Part shown: positions 27,551 to 37,415 of the stretch, piece after piece
Position numbering within the stretch: position 1 is the first letter of the stretch
Layout of the letters: every line of letters starts with the position of its first letter
IMG/VR virus record: IMGVR_UViG_3300027808_002667
Coordinates: 16,300 to 80,299 of that record
Strand: one strand, 5' to 3'
Length of the DNA stretch: 64,000 nt
Source of the DNA: a virus
Lineage: Duplodnaviria > Caudoviricetes
The notes under the pieces: generated by a model
The model's input: the letters and a program-made list of their open reading frames with translations, nothing else
Told to the model about the DNA's origin: nothing
Databases searched by the model: none
Translations under genes and position numbers: made by a program

Positions 27551-27959
27551 TCACATCTCCTAAAGATTGTTCAAATTTTTCAAATAATTCTTCAATAATT
27601 CCATCATCTGTTTCTTCAGCGTCATCGCTTTCATCATACAGCTCGTCTTGGTTGTCTCTACACATTATATACTCTAAGTAGTTATTTTTCAAGCTTTCTT
27701 TGATATTTGTAGCAACTACAATTTGATGTACAGGTATTTCATATACGTTTTCCTCAGAGAAACTGAATAAAGGAAACAATACGTATGATTCGATTAACAC
27801 ACCATCTCTAGGCAATCGTAACATATTTAAGATTACTGGGTCTGATACACTAATGATGCGTTTGCCTGTCAATTGTTTGCAATCATCTGTTGTTTTGCAG
27901 ATTATGCTATCGCCAGATGTGAGGCGTAAGAATTTGTAATTTACTTTTTCTTCTTCCAT
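27477..27959 (-). CDS. Conserved hypothetical protein between uvsW and gp55
   Basis: FLRLTSGDSIIC N-terminus and an acidic C-terminus; typical syntenic position. Confidence 0.6.
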   Translation of the reverse strand: MEEEKVNYKFLRLTSGDSIICKTTDDCKQLTGKRIISVSDPVILNMLRLPRDGVLIESYVLFPLFSFSEENVYEIPVHQIVVATNIKESLKNNYLEYIMCRDNQDELYDESDDAEETDDGIIEELFEKFEQSLGDVNDENNDDTGERDIRINRGTRRTLH

Positions 27960-29440
27960 TATAATGATACCTTTACTAATTTATAGTTAAAATGCTCATC
28001 ATTATAAATTTTTATTCGTTCAATCATATGTAATAATGTATAATTCTTTTTAGATTTCCATGTTAAATCATCTGCAATATCATATAGTTTACACGATGTT
28101 TTACTTTCACTTGTTCTTAAACCTCGGCCAATAGATTGTAAATTTCTTACTCTCGATTTTGAAGGTGACGCAAAAATAATATTATGCAGGTTTTTAATAT
28201 TTATTCCTGTAGAGAAAGTACCATAGCTAGCAACAATAATTGCATCAGTTTCTGTTTCAGTAATTCTACGAATATCTTCACGCTGCTCAGTATCAGTTCC
28301 ACCATAAACAAAAAACACTTTTCGATTGTCCGCCTTTTCTTTAATCATATCTTTTAAAACTTTGCCATGTTTTTCAACATACTGAAATAATACTAATGTA
28401 TTGCTCGTTTGTTTTATTGCAAGGTTTCTAATAAATTTATTTCTAGCTTCATGCTGAACTAAAAAATCCATTTCATCTTGATACGATTTTCCTTTTTGTG
28501 CCTTTTTAATTTCATCAGAATATTCCAAGATAATATTAAAAATTTCTAAGTCGGCAAGTGTTTTATCGTTAATTAATTTCTTAGTTGTTGTGACTTTATA
28601 AACTGGCCCAAACAATCCTTCTAGAACTAATTTATGGGTATGAGTACCATCCAATGTCCCCGTTGTCCCAACTCTGTATGGAGTGGTAGTACATTTATTT
28701 AGTATGCTTGTTAATGACTTTGCTTTAAATAAATGAGCTTCGTCACCATAAATTGCTTTAAAATCTACAAAGAACTGTTTGGGCAATTTATAAATTGATT
28801 GCCAAGTACTAATGACAATATCATATTCATTAGATTTTTCGTGACCACCATAAATGCGATGGCAATGTTCTGAAGCTTTCCAGCCATTCAAACAAGAATA
28901 ATCTTGAAAATCCGAATACATCTGTTCAACTAAAGAAGTCGTTGGAACAAGTATTAATTGTCTACGACCAACTCGCTCATGCCATCTGATTAAACAGTAA
29001 ATGATAAGAGATTTACCCGACCCCGTAGGGGACAATAATAATCTCCTGCCATCTTTAATTGCTTGAAATACCGCATCAAATTGATAATCCCTAATTTGTA
29101 TAGGTTTACCTTTTGAACCAACATTTAGATCTTCGCAAAACTTTCTAACTATGTCGTAAGTAACTGCATCGTTTTCTTCTACATAATTGGAATAATCAAT
29201 AACATAATCTCGTTCTTCACAGAATCGTTCTAGGTAACTTTTTAATCCAACATATAATTCTTGTGTGAACATAGAGTAAAGTCTTACTTTACCATCCCAC
29301 ATACGAGATTTATAAAGAGGATGAAACTTAGCACCAGGAACGTCAAAAGAAAAATGATCGTTTAACTCTTGACCTATTGAAGGCTCACATCTTACTTTTA
29401 AATATGCTTCGTCTTTTTTCGATAATTCGATATCTGCCAT
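27959..29440 (-). CDS. uvsW: UvsW SF2 DNA helicase
   Basis: RDYQ, SPTGSGKS, GDEAH, GTTGT, STGINI and LQSIGRGLR. Confidence 0.96.
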   Translation of the reverse strand: MADIELSKKDEAYLKVRCEPSIGQELNDHFSFDVPGAKFHPLYKSRMWDGKVRLYSMFTQELYVGLKSYLERFCEERDYVIDYSNYVEENDAVTYDIVRKFCEDLNVGSKGKPIQIRDYQFDAVFQAIKDGRRLLLSPTGSGKSLIIYCLIRWHERVGRRQLILVPTTSLVEQMYSDFQDYSCLNGWKASEHCHRIYGGHEKSNEYDIVISTWQSIYKLPKQFFVDFKAIYGDEAHLFKAKSLTSILNKCTTTPYRVGTTGTLDGTHTHKLVLEGLFGPVYKVTTTKKLINDKTLADLEIFNIILEYSDEIKKAQKGKSYQDEMDFLVQHEARNKFIRNLAIKQTSNTLVLFQYVEKHGKVLKDMIKEKADNRKVFFVYGGTDTEQREDIRRITETETDAIIVASYGTFSTGINIKNLHNIIFASPSKSRVRNLQSIGRGLRTSESKTSCKLYDIADDLTWKSKKNYTLLHMIERIKIYNDEHFNYKLVKVSL

Positions 29441-29880
29441 TACATCATGCCGTTGGTAAATTTATTCCATTCAATAGCATTTTTAATATCCCATGTTCTA
29501 CTATTCAAAGAGCGAATGATTTGTTCTAACTGATACATCACTGTTTTAAAGTATTCGACTTTATCTTGATATATTACAAGATCGTAGTCGACAGTTAGAA
29601 ACTCATCCATTTCGTTCTTTAATGGTTTATTGCCTTGCCATTGTTCCCACCCTTCGTCTGTTAATTCTGTTTGTGACATTTCGCCGCGATAATAACGATA
29701 TTTCTTACGGCGACAATTCAAATAATCAGATTCAGCTTTGCGAAGGTTGAGGCGTGTTGAGGTTAGGTAGTTCAAATACTTGGCATGAAGGTTAGGAGTC
29801 CTTGCAGACTCTTGGCCAAGATTCATCTCATTAATCCTACAATCCTCTACCCATGATTCTTGTAGATCGGATAATTTCAT
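29440..29880 (-). CDS. uvsY: Recombination mediator UvsY
   Basis: PNLHAKYL, KYRYYRG and RTWDIKNAIEW; adjacent to uvsW. Confidence 0.92.
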   Translation of the reverse strand: MKLSDLQESWVEDCRINEMNLGQESARTPNLHAKYLNYLTSTRLNLRKAESDYLNCRRKKYRYYRGEMSQTELTDEGWEQWQGNKPLKNEMDEFLTVDYDLVIYQDKVEYFKTVMYQLEQIIRSLNSRTWDIKNAIEWNKFTNGMM

Positions 29881-29896
29881 AATATAATTTACCTAT

Positions 29897-30790
29897 TTAA
29901 CCAACTTGTATAATTTGCGCAGGATTGCCCTGGAAGTTGAATGAACCGTAGTGGTTCAAGGAGATTGAAGGATCGAGCCAGATTTCTCCGCCGATATCTT
30001 GCCAGCGTCTGCTGAATGTGTAGTCCTCAGACAAATAACGCTTGTCTTTAGGATCAATCATTGTATCGAAGAATGCATAGAAGTGAGGGTTCAATTCTGG
30101 AGGTGTATTCAAATCGTTGTTGTATTTCAACTCTGGATACTTCTCAATCATCTGGTCGATAACTTCACGCTTAATCATCATGAAGCCTGTAGCTCCATCA
30201 TGTAAACGAATTAGACCATTCTCAATTGCAATTTGTTTTGCTTCACGATTTAGGAACTTAAAGTTAATTGCGTAATCGCTACCAAATGATGCAATTGCTT
30301 TGTCATCGATTGGATCGTTCGTTTGTTTAAGGCTTTCACGAATGCGCTGCCAATTAACGCCCTTCTTAGGGTAAGCGCCGACTGCAACATCTTTGTTGTG
30401 TGCAATTAATTTAATAACGTCTTCAACCTGAAATTCAATGTCGGCATCAATAAACATTAAGCGAGTGAAATTGCTTTGTAGAAAATATGCCACAAGAACA
30501 TTACGTGCTCTTGTAACTAAAGATTCATTTGCAATTGTACCAAACGCGATTGGAATTTGATGTTGATTGCAAAATGTTAGTAACCGAATTGTTGATCGGA
30601 AATACGCTTCCGTTAATTGACCGCCGTAGCATGGGGTCGCAATAAAGATTCTTTCTTTACGAAGAGCATCTAGACTGACTTCTAATTTTTTCTCATTAGG
30701 AGCAGCTGCGCTAGATTGTTGTCCCGCTTTAGGCAAGTTAGGAACAGGGGGCAAAGCCATAGGCGATACTTTTTTAATTTTTTTATCCAT
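29897..30790 (-). CDS. GT-A fold glycosyltransferase-like protein
   Basis: IFIATPCYGG, ESLVTRARN, MFIDAD (DxD) and YLSEDYTF. Confidence 0.7.
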   Translation of the reverse strand: MDKKIKKVSPMALPPVPNLPKAGQQSSAAAPNEKKLEVSLDALRKERIFIATPCYGGQLTEAYFRSTIRLLTFCNQHQIPIAFGTIANESLVTRARNVLVAYFLQSNFTRLMFIDADIEFQVEDVIKLIAHNKDVAVGAYPKKGVNWQRIRESLKQTNDPIDDKAIASFGSDYAINFKFLNREAKQIAIENGLIRLHDGATGFMMIKREVIDQMIEKYPELKYNNDLNTPPELNPHFYAFFDTMIDPKDKRYLSEDYTFSRRWQDIGGEIWLDPSISLNHYGSFNFQGNPAQIIQVG

Positions 30791-30807
30791 AATAACTCCA
30801 AGTTATA

Positions 30808-31395
30808 TTATAAAGGTTCTACTTCGAAAATAGTATATTTGAACGATGCTATCGCTGTAAAATATTCTACGCTTGCTGACGCAATATCAAAATCTAAGGC
30901 TTGTAGGGACACAGGGAATAGATTTTTAAATATTATATTTACTTTAGGCGTATTTGTCGAGTCGAGAATAGTCAAAGTACCATCCGAGTATGCCAAAACT
31001 TCTTCTTTTCCGCTTGTTTTTGTAACAAACGGGAATCTGCTCGGCCTATTAGTTGTAAATGTTTTGAATTGCGAATAATTGTCAGGAAATCCTAAAGCAA
31101 TTAACCACCTATACATTTCCAAATAATTGGACATATCCTCAGCTATAATGAAACGAATTGTAAATTCACCAAAATTAATTTTGTCACCTATTGTCGGTAC
31201 ATCGATAAAAGGCGTTGGTTGTGTAGCAAATCCTAATTGTAAGTCAGGGATGTTTGCTGATTGACAGGTAAAAGATGTCTTAGGCATGTCCTTAATACTA
31301 AACTTAAATGCGTTCGGTCTTAAGAAATCATTTGTCGTGGGTGTTGAATTTATCCAACTATCTTTTACGACATCAATGTTTGCAGTATAAGCCAT
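30808..31395 (-). CDS. gp3: Tail tube terminator / tail completion protein gp3
   Basis: FLRPNAFKF, CQSANIP, GDKINFG and EDMSNYLEMYRW. Confidence 0.8.
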   Translation of the reverse strand: MAYTANIDVVKDSWINSTPTTNDFLRPNAFKFSIKDMPKTSFTCQSANIPDLQLGFATQPTPFIDVPTIGDKINFGEFTIRFIIAEDMSNYLEMYRWLIALGFPDNYSQFKTFTTNRPSRFPFVTKTSGKEEVLAYSDGTLTILDSTNTPKVNIIFKNLFPVSLQALDFDIASASVEYFTAIASFKYTIFEVEPL

Positions 31396-31418
31396 CTTTT
31401 TCCTTTATGCTATCTATA

Positions 31419-31426
31419 TATTTATA
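31419..31426 (-). promoter_or_regulatory. T4-type late promoter
   Basis: TATAAATA upstream of gp3. Confidence 0.75.
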
Positions 31427-31450
31427 TAGCCTGTAGTGTGTGCAAAGATT

Positions 31451-31477
31451 AAAAAAGGGGGAATTGCTTCCCCCTTT
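31451..31477 (-). terminator. Rho-independent terminator after gp23
   Basis: AAAGGGGGAA-GCAA-TTCCCCCTTT followed by a T run. Confidence 0.9.
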
Positions 31478-31500
31478 AAATCCGATCTTTGCCGGCTTGA

Positions 31501-32787
31501 TTACATTAGGTTAATAACCTTAGTCTTACGATAATACTGATTGCGGCCTGCTGTAAATCTATCAGCATCTGCATCAGATAAAGAATCGCTAGATGTAACG
31601 TATGGGTTAGCAATTAAACCGTAACGTGTCTTGAAGCCAATCTTTGGCTGGAAGCTGTTAGGATCAATTGCACGAACCATTTGTAAAGGAACATATGGGC
31701 AGTAGAACATACCTGCGTCATATGGGCTAGAACCCTTATAACCAACCATGTAAAACTGATTAGAAGCGCCTAGGTTTGCAGAATACGGATCAATGTAAAC
31801 ACGATAGCGTCCGTTTAGAACACCTGCGAATGTATTGCCTGTATCGTCAACAGTTAGACCTGTGCTCAAAGCTGGAGTGTAGTCTAGAACACCAGACATA
31901 GCTAATGCACTTGCAACGTCTGCAGAGCAAACGATGAAGTTACCTTTACCACGACGTGTGTCTTGTGCAATGTGGTTAGCATCACGTTCAATGTTGAACA
32001 ATAGACCTTTGAAACGCTCTACAGACCAACGACCATTAGAATCAACGTCTAAGTCGAATGTGCCGGCAGTTGCTGTTGCTGGAGAACCGTTCTTTGCAAC
32101 TTTGTAAATTGTACGAACAACTTCGCGATTAATTTCAAACATAAACTCTTGTGACAAGATGTTTGATAATTCTGCTTCTGCGTCAAGACCGTGAATTGCT
32201 TTCAAGTCTTGTGCCAATTCAACTGTATATTCAGCTTTCAGTGCACGAGATTTTGCAGTAACTGTTGTTTTGTCAATAGAGAAAGACATTTCGCCGAAAG
32301 TATCTTGACCTTCCATTGAACCTGTTGTTGTAGCGTTACCAGTGTTGTATGTTCCAAATACTGGGTTATTGCCTGTTGCGTCTTGCATAGAGCTAGAGAA
32401 AGAAGTATTTGCCTCATTGTACAATGCTTCTTTTCTTGTCGATGTGTTGTTACGCTCTGAACCATATATAGAACGCATTGCAAAGATCAAGCCTGTTGGA
32501 CCTGTCATTGGCTGTACACCGCAAATGTCATATGCCATTAGGTTAGGCATTGCACGACGTACTAAACCGATCATGATCGGGTCATACTTGTCAATACCGC
32601 TAGTAGCAGAAATGTTGTTTGTTGGAGCTGCCTCAAACAATGCATTACGCTCTTCACGTAATGAACGCTCTTGGTTCTCTAACAATACAGACGTTACTTG
32701 ACGTTTGTAGCTGTCTTTAATTGGAGGAAGGTCTGGGTGATCCAGAATTGCTTCCCATTTCTTTTGGTAGTTTTCGGATAAAAACAT
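31501..32787 (-). CDS. gp23: Major capsid protein gp23
   Basis: LVRRAMPNL, GVQPMTGPTGLIFAMR, SRALKAEYTVELAQDLKAIHGLDAE and FQPKIGFKTRYG. Confidence 0.98.
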   Translation of the reverse strand: MFLSENYQKKWEAILDHPDLPPIKDSYKRQVTSVLLENQERSLREERNALFEAAPTNNISATSGIDKYDPIMIGLVRRAMPNLMAYDICGVQPMTGPTGLIFAMRSIYGSERNNTSTRKEALYNEANTSFSSSMQDATGNNPVFGTYNTGNATTTGSMEGQDTFGEMSFSIDKTTVTAKSRALKAEYTVELAQDLKAIHGLDAEAELSNILSQEFMFEINREVVRTIYKVAKNGSPATATAGTFDLDVDSNGRWSVERFKGLLFNIERDANHIAQDTRRGKGNFIVCSADVASALAMSGVLDYTPALSTGLTVDDTGNTFAGVLNGRYRVYIDPYSANLGASNQFYMVGYKGSSPYDAGMFYCPYVPLQMVRAIDPNSFQPKIGFKTRYGLIANPYVTSSDSLSDADADRFTAGRNQYYRKTKVINLM

Positions 32788-32827
32788 TTATGTCTCCTTG
32801 TTGTGACTGTTTTAAATAACTTTTACT

Positions 32828-32835
32828 TATTTATA
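32828..32835 (-). promoter_or_regulatory. T4-type late promoter
   Basis: TATAAATA upstream of gp23. Confidence 0.8.
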
Positions 32836-32837
32836 AG

Positions 32838-33965
32838 TTATTGTCTTTTGATTGTTCTCGATAAGGCATTTGCATAAGCTGAAACAACATCGTTGCTTTG
32901 CGTGAAGCTAGCTGGCGTGTCAGTCTCCTCTGTTAGCGCTTGCTTGGCTGTCTCTTTAATTACAGCGTCGCGTGGAAAATAATTTTCCTTAATAACAGAA
33001 ACTTTTTCTTTGTAGATTTCTTCATTCTCGAAATCGACACCTTCTAAAAGTTTTGTCAATTTATTTACTTCAGTATCTGCCAAATCCTTAGCCATTTCCT
33101 TAATAATAAGTTTGCGCTTTAGTTCTGTTACTGAAGTATTTAAGCCAACATTGTTTTCTACTTGACCATTTAGGCTTTCTTCCAACTCTGTTACCTTAGC
33201 TTGTAATTCACCTATTACATCATATTTTTCCTCAGGCACTTCAATATAGTGTTCTTTGAAGAGCGCCTTAAGACCTGTCATAAAGTCTTCAGCGATTTCA
33301 CCGCGAAGACCATTTTCTACTGCCAATTTATTTTCTTCTATGTAATTTTCAACTACATAGTTAAGATATGCATCTACTTTTTCAACAATGCTTTCCTTAT
33401 ACTCAAGGAATTCTTCAGCATATTTTTCTTCAAGTGATGCTGCAACTTTTTCCATTTCATTATTAACGCGAGCAATAACTGCTGCTTCAAAAATGGATGT
33501 TGCTTTTTGTCTAAAATCTTCTGAAAGTTCTTCGCCAAAGATTGGAGAAAGATCGATAGGTTCAACTATTGATTCTTCTGTAGTCTCTTCTTCAGACACA
33601 ACTTCTGCAGATTCATCAGTTTCTTCATCTTCATGAATACCCGTGTTCTGTGGGATAGTTGAAAGATCTTTTACTGTTGTGAAGTTAGGTGCATCGCCGA
33701 CCGGACCCTTCATTGCAATAGTATTTTTAGAAATACCCTTTGCAGTAATAGCTCCTTGGTTTACATCTTTCTCTTCACGATCTTCGTGACTTGCAGATTC
33801 CGAATCACCCTGTTTAGGGTTTGCTGTGTCGCCAGAATTGGCGGGCTTGATTGTGGAATCTTTTCCGCTAGTTGGAACCATTGGTCCTGCGCCCTCATTA
33901 ACTTCCTGCGAAGTCTTAACAGAAACGCGTTCTAGCAATTCCTTAACTTTACTTTCTACTGACAT
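32838..33965 (-). CDS. gp22: Prohead core scaffold protein gp22
   Basis: LSEDFRQKATSIFEAAV, VDAYLNYVVE and FMTGLKALFKEHYIEVPEEK. Confidence 0.93.
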   Translation of the reverse strand: MSVESKVKELLERVSVKTSQEVNEGAGPMVPTSGKDSTIKPANSGDTANPKQGDSESASHEDREEKDVNQGAITAKGISKNTIAMKGPVGDAPNFTTVKDLSTIPQNTGIHEDEETDESAEVVSEEETTEESIVEPIDLSPIFGEELSEDFRQKATSIFEAAVIARVNNEMEKVAASLEEKYAEEFLEYKESIVEKVDAYLNYVVENYIEENKLAVENGLRGEIAEDFMTGLKALFKEHYIEVPEEKYDVIGELQAKVTELEESLNGQVENNVGLNTSVTELKRKLIIKEMAKDLADTEVNKLTKLLEGVDFENEEIYKEKVSVIKENYFPRDAVIKETAKQALTEETDTPASFTQSNDVVSAYANALSRTIKRQ

Positions 33966-34000
33966 TAGAGTCTCCTAAATGTATGAATGTTCTCAATCTA

Positions 34001-34008
34001 TATTTATA
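34001..34008 (-). promoter_or_regulatory. T4-type late promoter
   Basis: TATAAATA upstream of gp22. Confidence 0.8.
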
Positions 34009-34015
34009 AGTTTTA

Positions 34016-34666
34016 TTACCTAGACAATTGATTGACGAATTGTTCAAAAATTTGTAATTTAACTTCGTCTAAATTCTTAGCTGAAGTCTTCCTTATTTGC
34101 TTTTGTGCATTTTCAATTTGTATTGCTTTCCACACGCCATTTTCAAGAATCCACTCCGCAGATTCCATGATTCCTTGAACAAAGGCGTCTGGGGCAGATG
34201 GGTCAGCAACAATGTCAACAGTTGCAAGGTGAAAATCGCCTTGTACTTCGTTGATTCCTTCGGAGTTCATTTTCAACGACCCTAAACCTCTTGTGGATAC
34301 GCCTAACTGAACTTCATTTTCTATTAAATTCTTTGCTATAATTCCCATAGGTGTATCCAATATTTTGGCTCTACCTATAACATCATTACCTTCCATTCTT
34401 AGACTGGTAATAAGGTGGGAAACTTGATGTAAGTTGATTGAAGGATTCTCAGGATGACCTAACTCTCCTAATGAACGTTTTTGCCCAATAAGCTCTTGAT
34501 ACTTTTGGACTTCTCGTTCCATAATACCTCTACCATAGGAACGATTGTTTCTATTTGGTTTTTCAGCTTGAGCAAAGATACCCTCAATAAAGATATTTTT
34601 TCCGCCACCCTGTTTGTCTTCTACAAGGTAGTGTAAATCTTGTGCGACTTCTTTAATTAATCTCAT
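34016..34666 (-). CDS. gp21: Prohead protease gp21
   Basis: IEGIFAQ, LGELGHP, GVSTRGLGSL and DIVADPSAPDAFV. Confidence 0.96.
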   Translation of the reverse strand: MRLIKEVAQDLHYLVEDKQGGGKNIFIEGIFAQAEKPNRNNRSYGRGIMEREVQKYQELIGQKRSLGELGHPENPSINLHQVSHLITSLRMEGNDVIGRAKILDTPMGIIAKNLIENEVQLGVSTRGLGSLKMNSEGINEVQGDFHLATVDIVADPSAPDAFVQGIMESAEWILENGVWKAIQIENAQKQIRKTSAKNLDEVKLQIFEQFVNQLSR

Positions 34667-34678
34667 ATTAGTTCCTAA

Positions 34679-35059
34679 TTATTTTTTAGTCTGTTGGTCA
34701 GGTTCTATAAAGCCTGCAGGTTTAGATAAATGCAAATAAACTAATGAATTTGCTGGCATGGCAAGAGAAATATTAGAATTTGTATTTGATGTGTCAGCGA
34801 ATCCAAACATTTGTGTCATAGACCAATTATCATTTCCATTGAGGTATAATGTTGCTATACCATTGCGAGAAACAACAACTGGCGATGTACCTGATGTAGA
34901 CCACATCATACCTGTAATATTCATTTGAACATTTGGTTGATCTACAGTTTCATCTGATAGTTTTAGATCTAAACTAGTAATATTTGCTTGTCCATCGCCA
35001 AGAAGTTTTATGACTGCTTGTTGTCTAACTTTTTTAAGTACTGTACGTGTTACTGGCAT
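34679..35059 (-). CDS. Hypothetical head-region protein
   Basis: Clean ORF tightly packed between the gp67/68 region and gp21. Confidence 0.55.
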   Translation of the reverse strand: MPVTRTVLKKVRQQAVIKLLGDGQANITSLDLKLSDETVDQPNVQMNITGMMWSTSGTSPVVVSRNGIATLYLNGNDNWSMTQMFGFADTSNTNSNISLAMPANSLVYLHLSKPAGFIEPDQQTKK

Positions 35060-35071
35060 CTTAATATCCTA

Positions 35072-35662
35072 TTAATCTTTAACTTCTTTAGCATGATGCT
35101 TAGAAAGTTCGAATGTGAAATTTCCGCCTTGAACTGGCTTACCAGTATGAATAGCCTGATGCTTAACATTTGTACCGTGAATAGCATTGGCAACAGAAAG
35201 ATTGGCATGTGTGTGAATATGTCCCTCGGAGTCTTTTGTAACAACAAGCGGATCCTCGTGTGTTGTCTCAACTTCTTCATTGACATCTTTATTCGATTGC
35301 ATATAATCTCTAACTGTTGATATATAATCAGCACTTAAAGTAATTTTACTCTGTACCCATTCTGCAAGGTTAGTATTATCTTCTAACATATCATGCACAG
35401 TTTGAGCATTGGCAATAATAGATCTCAGTTGAGACTTGGCCATATCGCCTTCATAATCATACTCACGAGAATCTTTTGCCTCATTCGTTTTCTTTGCACC
35501 ATAAGATGCACCCAACGCCATACGAATACGTTCTTTTTTAGATTTGCCGGCAAACTTAGGATTATCCGAATGGACAAAATCGCTAATATATTTGCCCGTA
35601 GGATCAGAAGCCTTTAGCTTTTCTTCTAAAGTTTCTTCTCTGATACTATTAAACGTTTTCAT
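35072..35662 (-). CDS. Putative prohead core / internal head protein (gp68 position)
   Basis: DFVHSDNPKFAGKSKKERIRMALGA and DYEGDMAKSQL motifs; E-rich segments. Confidence 0.55.
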   Translation of the reverse strand: MKTFNSIREETLEEKLKASDPTGKYISDFVHSDNPKFAGKSKKERIRMALGASYGAKKTNEAKDSREYDYEGDMAKSQLRSIIANAQTVHDMLEDNTNLAEWVQSKITLSADYISTVRDYMQSNKDVNEEVETTHEDPLVVTKDSEGHIHTHANLSVANAIHGTNVKHQAIHTGKPVQGGNFTFELSKHHAKEVKD

Positions 35663-35840
35663 TTTCTTGTTCTTCTACGTCTATTGTAGTTTTACCTATA
35701 GATGATGCAATCTCTACTTTTCTAACATCAAGGGCATCAGAAATTTTATCTGCCATTGCGGTATTAAAATCTTGTAAAGCATCAGCTTGCTTGTTATTGA
35801 TAATATTATCAATCATGTTTTGAATAACTGTGGATTCCAT
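35649..35840 (-). CDS. gp67: Prohead core protein gp67-like
   Basis: Small acidic ORF directly after the portal; ADKISDALDVRKVEIA. Confidence 0.65.
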   Translation of the reverse strand: MESTVIQNMIDNIINNKQADALQDFNTAMADKISDALDVRKVEIASSIGKTTIDVEEQENENV

Positions 35841-35849
35841 AATTTTTCC

Positions 35850-37394
35850 TTACTGTGAATTATTTATAGGTTGTTGTTGTCCCGGTGGCATACCCGGCAT
35901 TCCAATTTGCGGTGGAGGACCTTCATTCTCAATTTGTTTCTTCATTTCCTGAATCTCTTTATCAGACATTCTCAAAATATTTTTCATTACATAATCTTGA
36001 CTATAATATGCACCAACAAATGGTTGAACTTGATTTAATAAATCTACACGATTCCTCAAATTCTCAGCATTTTTCATTTCTTCAAAATATTGATCTTGTG
36101 CATATCTATATTGAATGTCATCTTTAATTTGATTCCAGTCTTTATCTGTCAGAACACCCTTTAAAATTAATTGGGTTCTCAACATATCACCAAATATTTC
36201 ATTAAACTTTTTGCGAAGTCTTCCAACAAACTTGGCAAATTTTAATTCGTCTCTTGTTATCTCGGTTGCTCTACCAAAAGAAATACCAGTTTGCGGCTGC
36301 ATTCTAGAAAGAGGAACATTTAATGCCTGATATAATTTACCCTGAAAGTAATTAATATCTTCAATCTGTCCCAAATTTTCGCCGCCAGGTAATGTAGTAA
36401 TCTCAGTACCTCTGCCGCCTTCTCTTCTTGGCAACCAAAAATCTTCCAACATAGACATCATTTTACGATCATCTCGTATCTCGCCCGTATTAGAATCATA
36501 AACGATCTTATTACGATAACGAGCCATGATATCTTTTAAATATTGCTCAGCTTTCAATTTAGGCAAATTGCCCACATCAATATAAAATATTCTTCTTTCA
36601 GGCGCTCTAGCCAATCTATAAATTACTAAAGCATCTTCCATCATCTTTAACTGATTCACAGGTTTAATGGCTTTATGTAAATGACTTAACACTACATTCT
36701 TATCCAAATCCATAACCCCAGAAGGCACAAATGTTATAGCATCTGTTGCTATCTTAATACCTTGTGTTGGGTTATTTGCAGTATAACCCGGATTATATGT
36801 AATACCTTTTTCATTATATAAGAAAAATTCTTCTACTGACTTGATAATTTCAACACCAGTCTTTTGATCTTTTTCTTTTTTAACTTCTCTGATCTTTTTA
36901 ATTTTTCTAGGATCTATAATCAATGTTTCCAAAATACCACGTTTTGGATTAGAAGTGTCTATAATCTTTTGAAAATAAATTCTCCCATCTATATACCATC
37001 TGCGAAAATAATCAAATCCTCTAGTATCAAATTCAATCAATTTGTAAATTACTTCAAATTCTTTAATGATACTATCTTTAATATCTTGAGGAATCTTAGA
37101 CTGATCCAAATTAATTTGTACTAATGCTTCATCATCAACTGCCGCAATAGCTTCAGTCAAAATTTCATCAATAGCTGCAGATGTATCTGAATACATTGCC
37201 GCTTCACGATATCGTGTAATAAGTTCATACTCAGATTTCGCTGTCGCATCTAGATCAACGTATGTGCCAAAATGCCCACCCGCTTGTACTGTTGATGCAC
37301 CGTCGTCAGAAACAGGAGTAGCGAAACCTTGCAGTTTACGATCTATCTCATCTTCCCCACGACTAATATTAAAACCAAATAATTTAATTGCCAT
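35850..37394 (-). CDS. gp20: Portal protein gp20
   Basis: FRRWYIDGR, LVIYRLARAPERRIFYIDVGNLP and MLEDFWLPRREGGRGTEITTLPGG. Confidence 0.98.
   Translation of the reverse strand: MAIKLFGFNISRGEDEIDRKLQGFATPVSDDGASTVQAGGHFGTYVDLDATAKSEYELITRYREAAMYSDTSAAIDEILTEAIAAVDDEALVQINLDQSKIPQDIKDSIIKEFEVIYKLIEFDTRGFDYFRRWYIDGRIYFQKIIDTSNPKRGILETLIIDPRKIKKIREVKKEKDQKTGVEIIKSVEEFFLYNEKGITYNPGYTANNPTQGIKIATDAITFVPSGVMDLDKNVVLSHLHKAIKPVNQLKMMEDALVIYRLARAPERRIFYIDVGNLPKLKAEQYLKDIMARYRNKIVYDSNTGEIRDDRKMMSMLEDFWLPRREGGRGTEITTLPGGENLGQIEDINYFQGKLYQALNVPLSRMQPQTGISFGRATEITRDELKFAKFVGRLRKKFNEIFGDMLRTQLILKGVLTDKDWNQIKDDIQYRYAQDQYFEEMKNAENLRNRVDLLNQVQPFVGAYYSQDYVMKNILRMSDKEIQEMKKQIENEGPPPQIGMPGMPPGQQQPINNSQ
35861..35868 (-). 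promoter_or_regulatory. T4-type late promoter
   Basis: TATAAATA at the 3' end of gp20, upstream of gp67. Confidence 0.6.
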
Positions 37395-37415
37395 AATTTA
37401 ATTCACTTTATATTA

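Noticed and set aside
3793-35334. Alternative-frame minus-strand ORFs nested in genes (e.g. 3793..3996, 14721..15314, 26299..26547, 32238..32483, 35050..35334)
   Set aside because: Out-of-frame overlaps with conserved genes and no family motifs.
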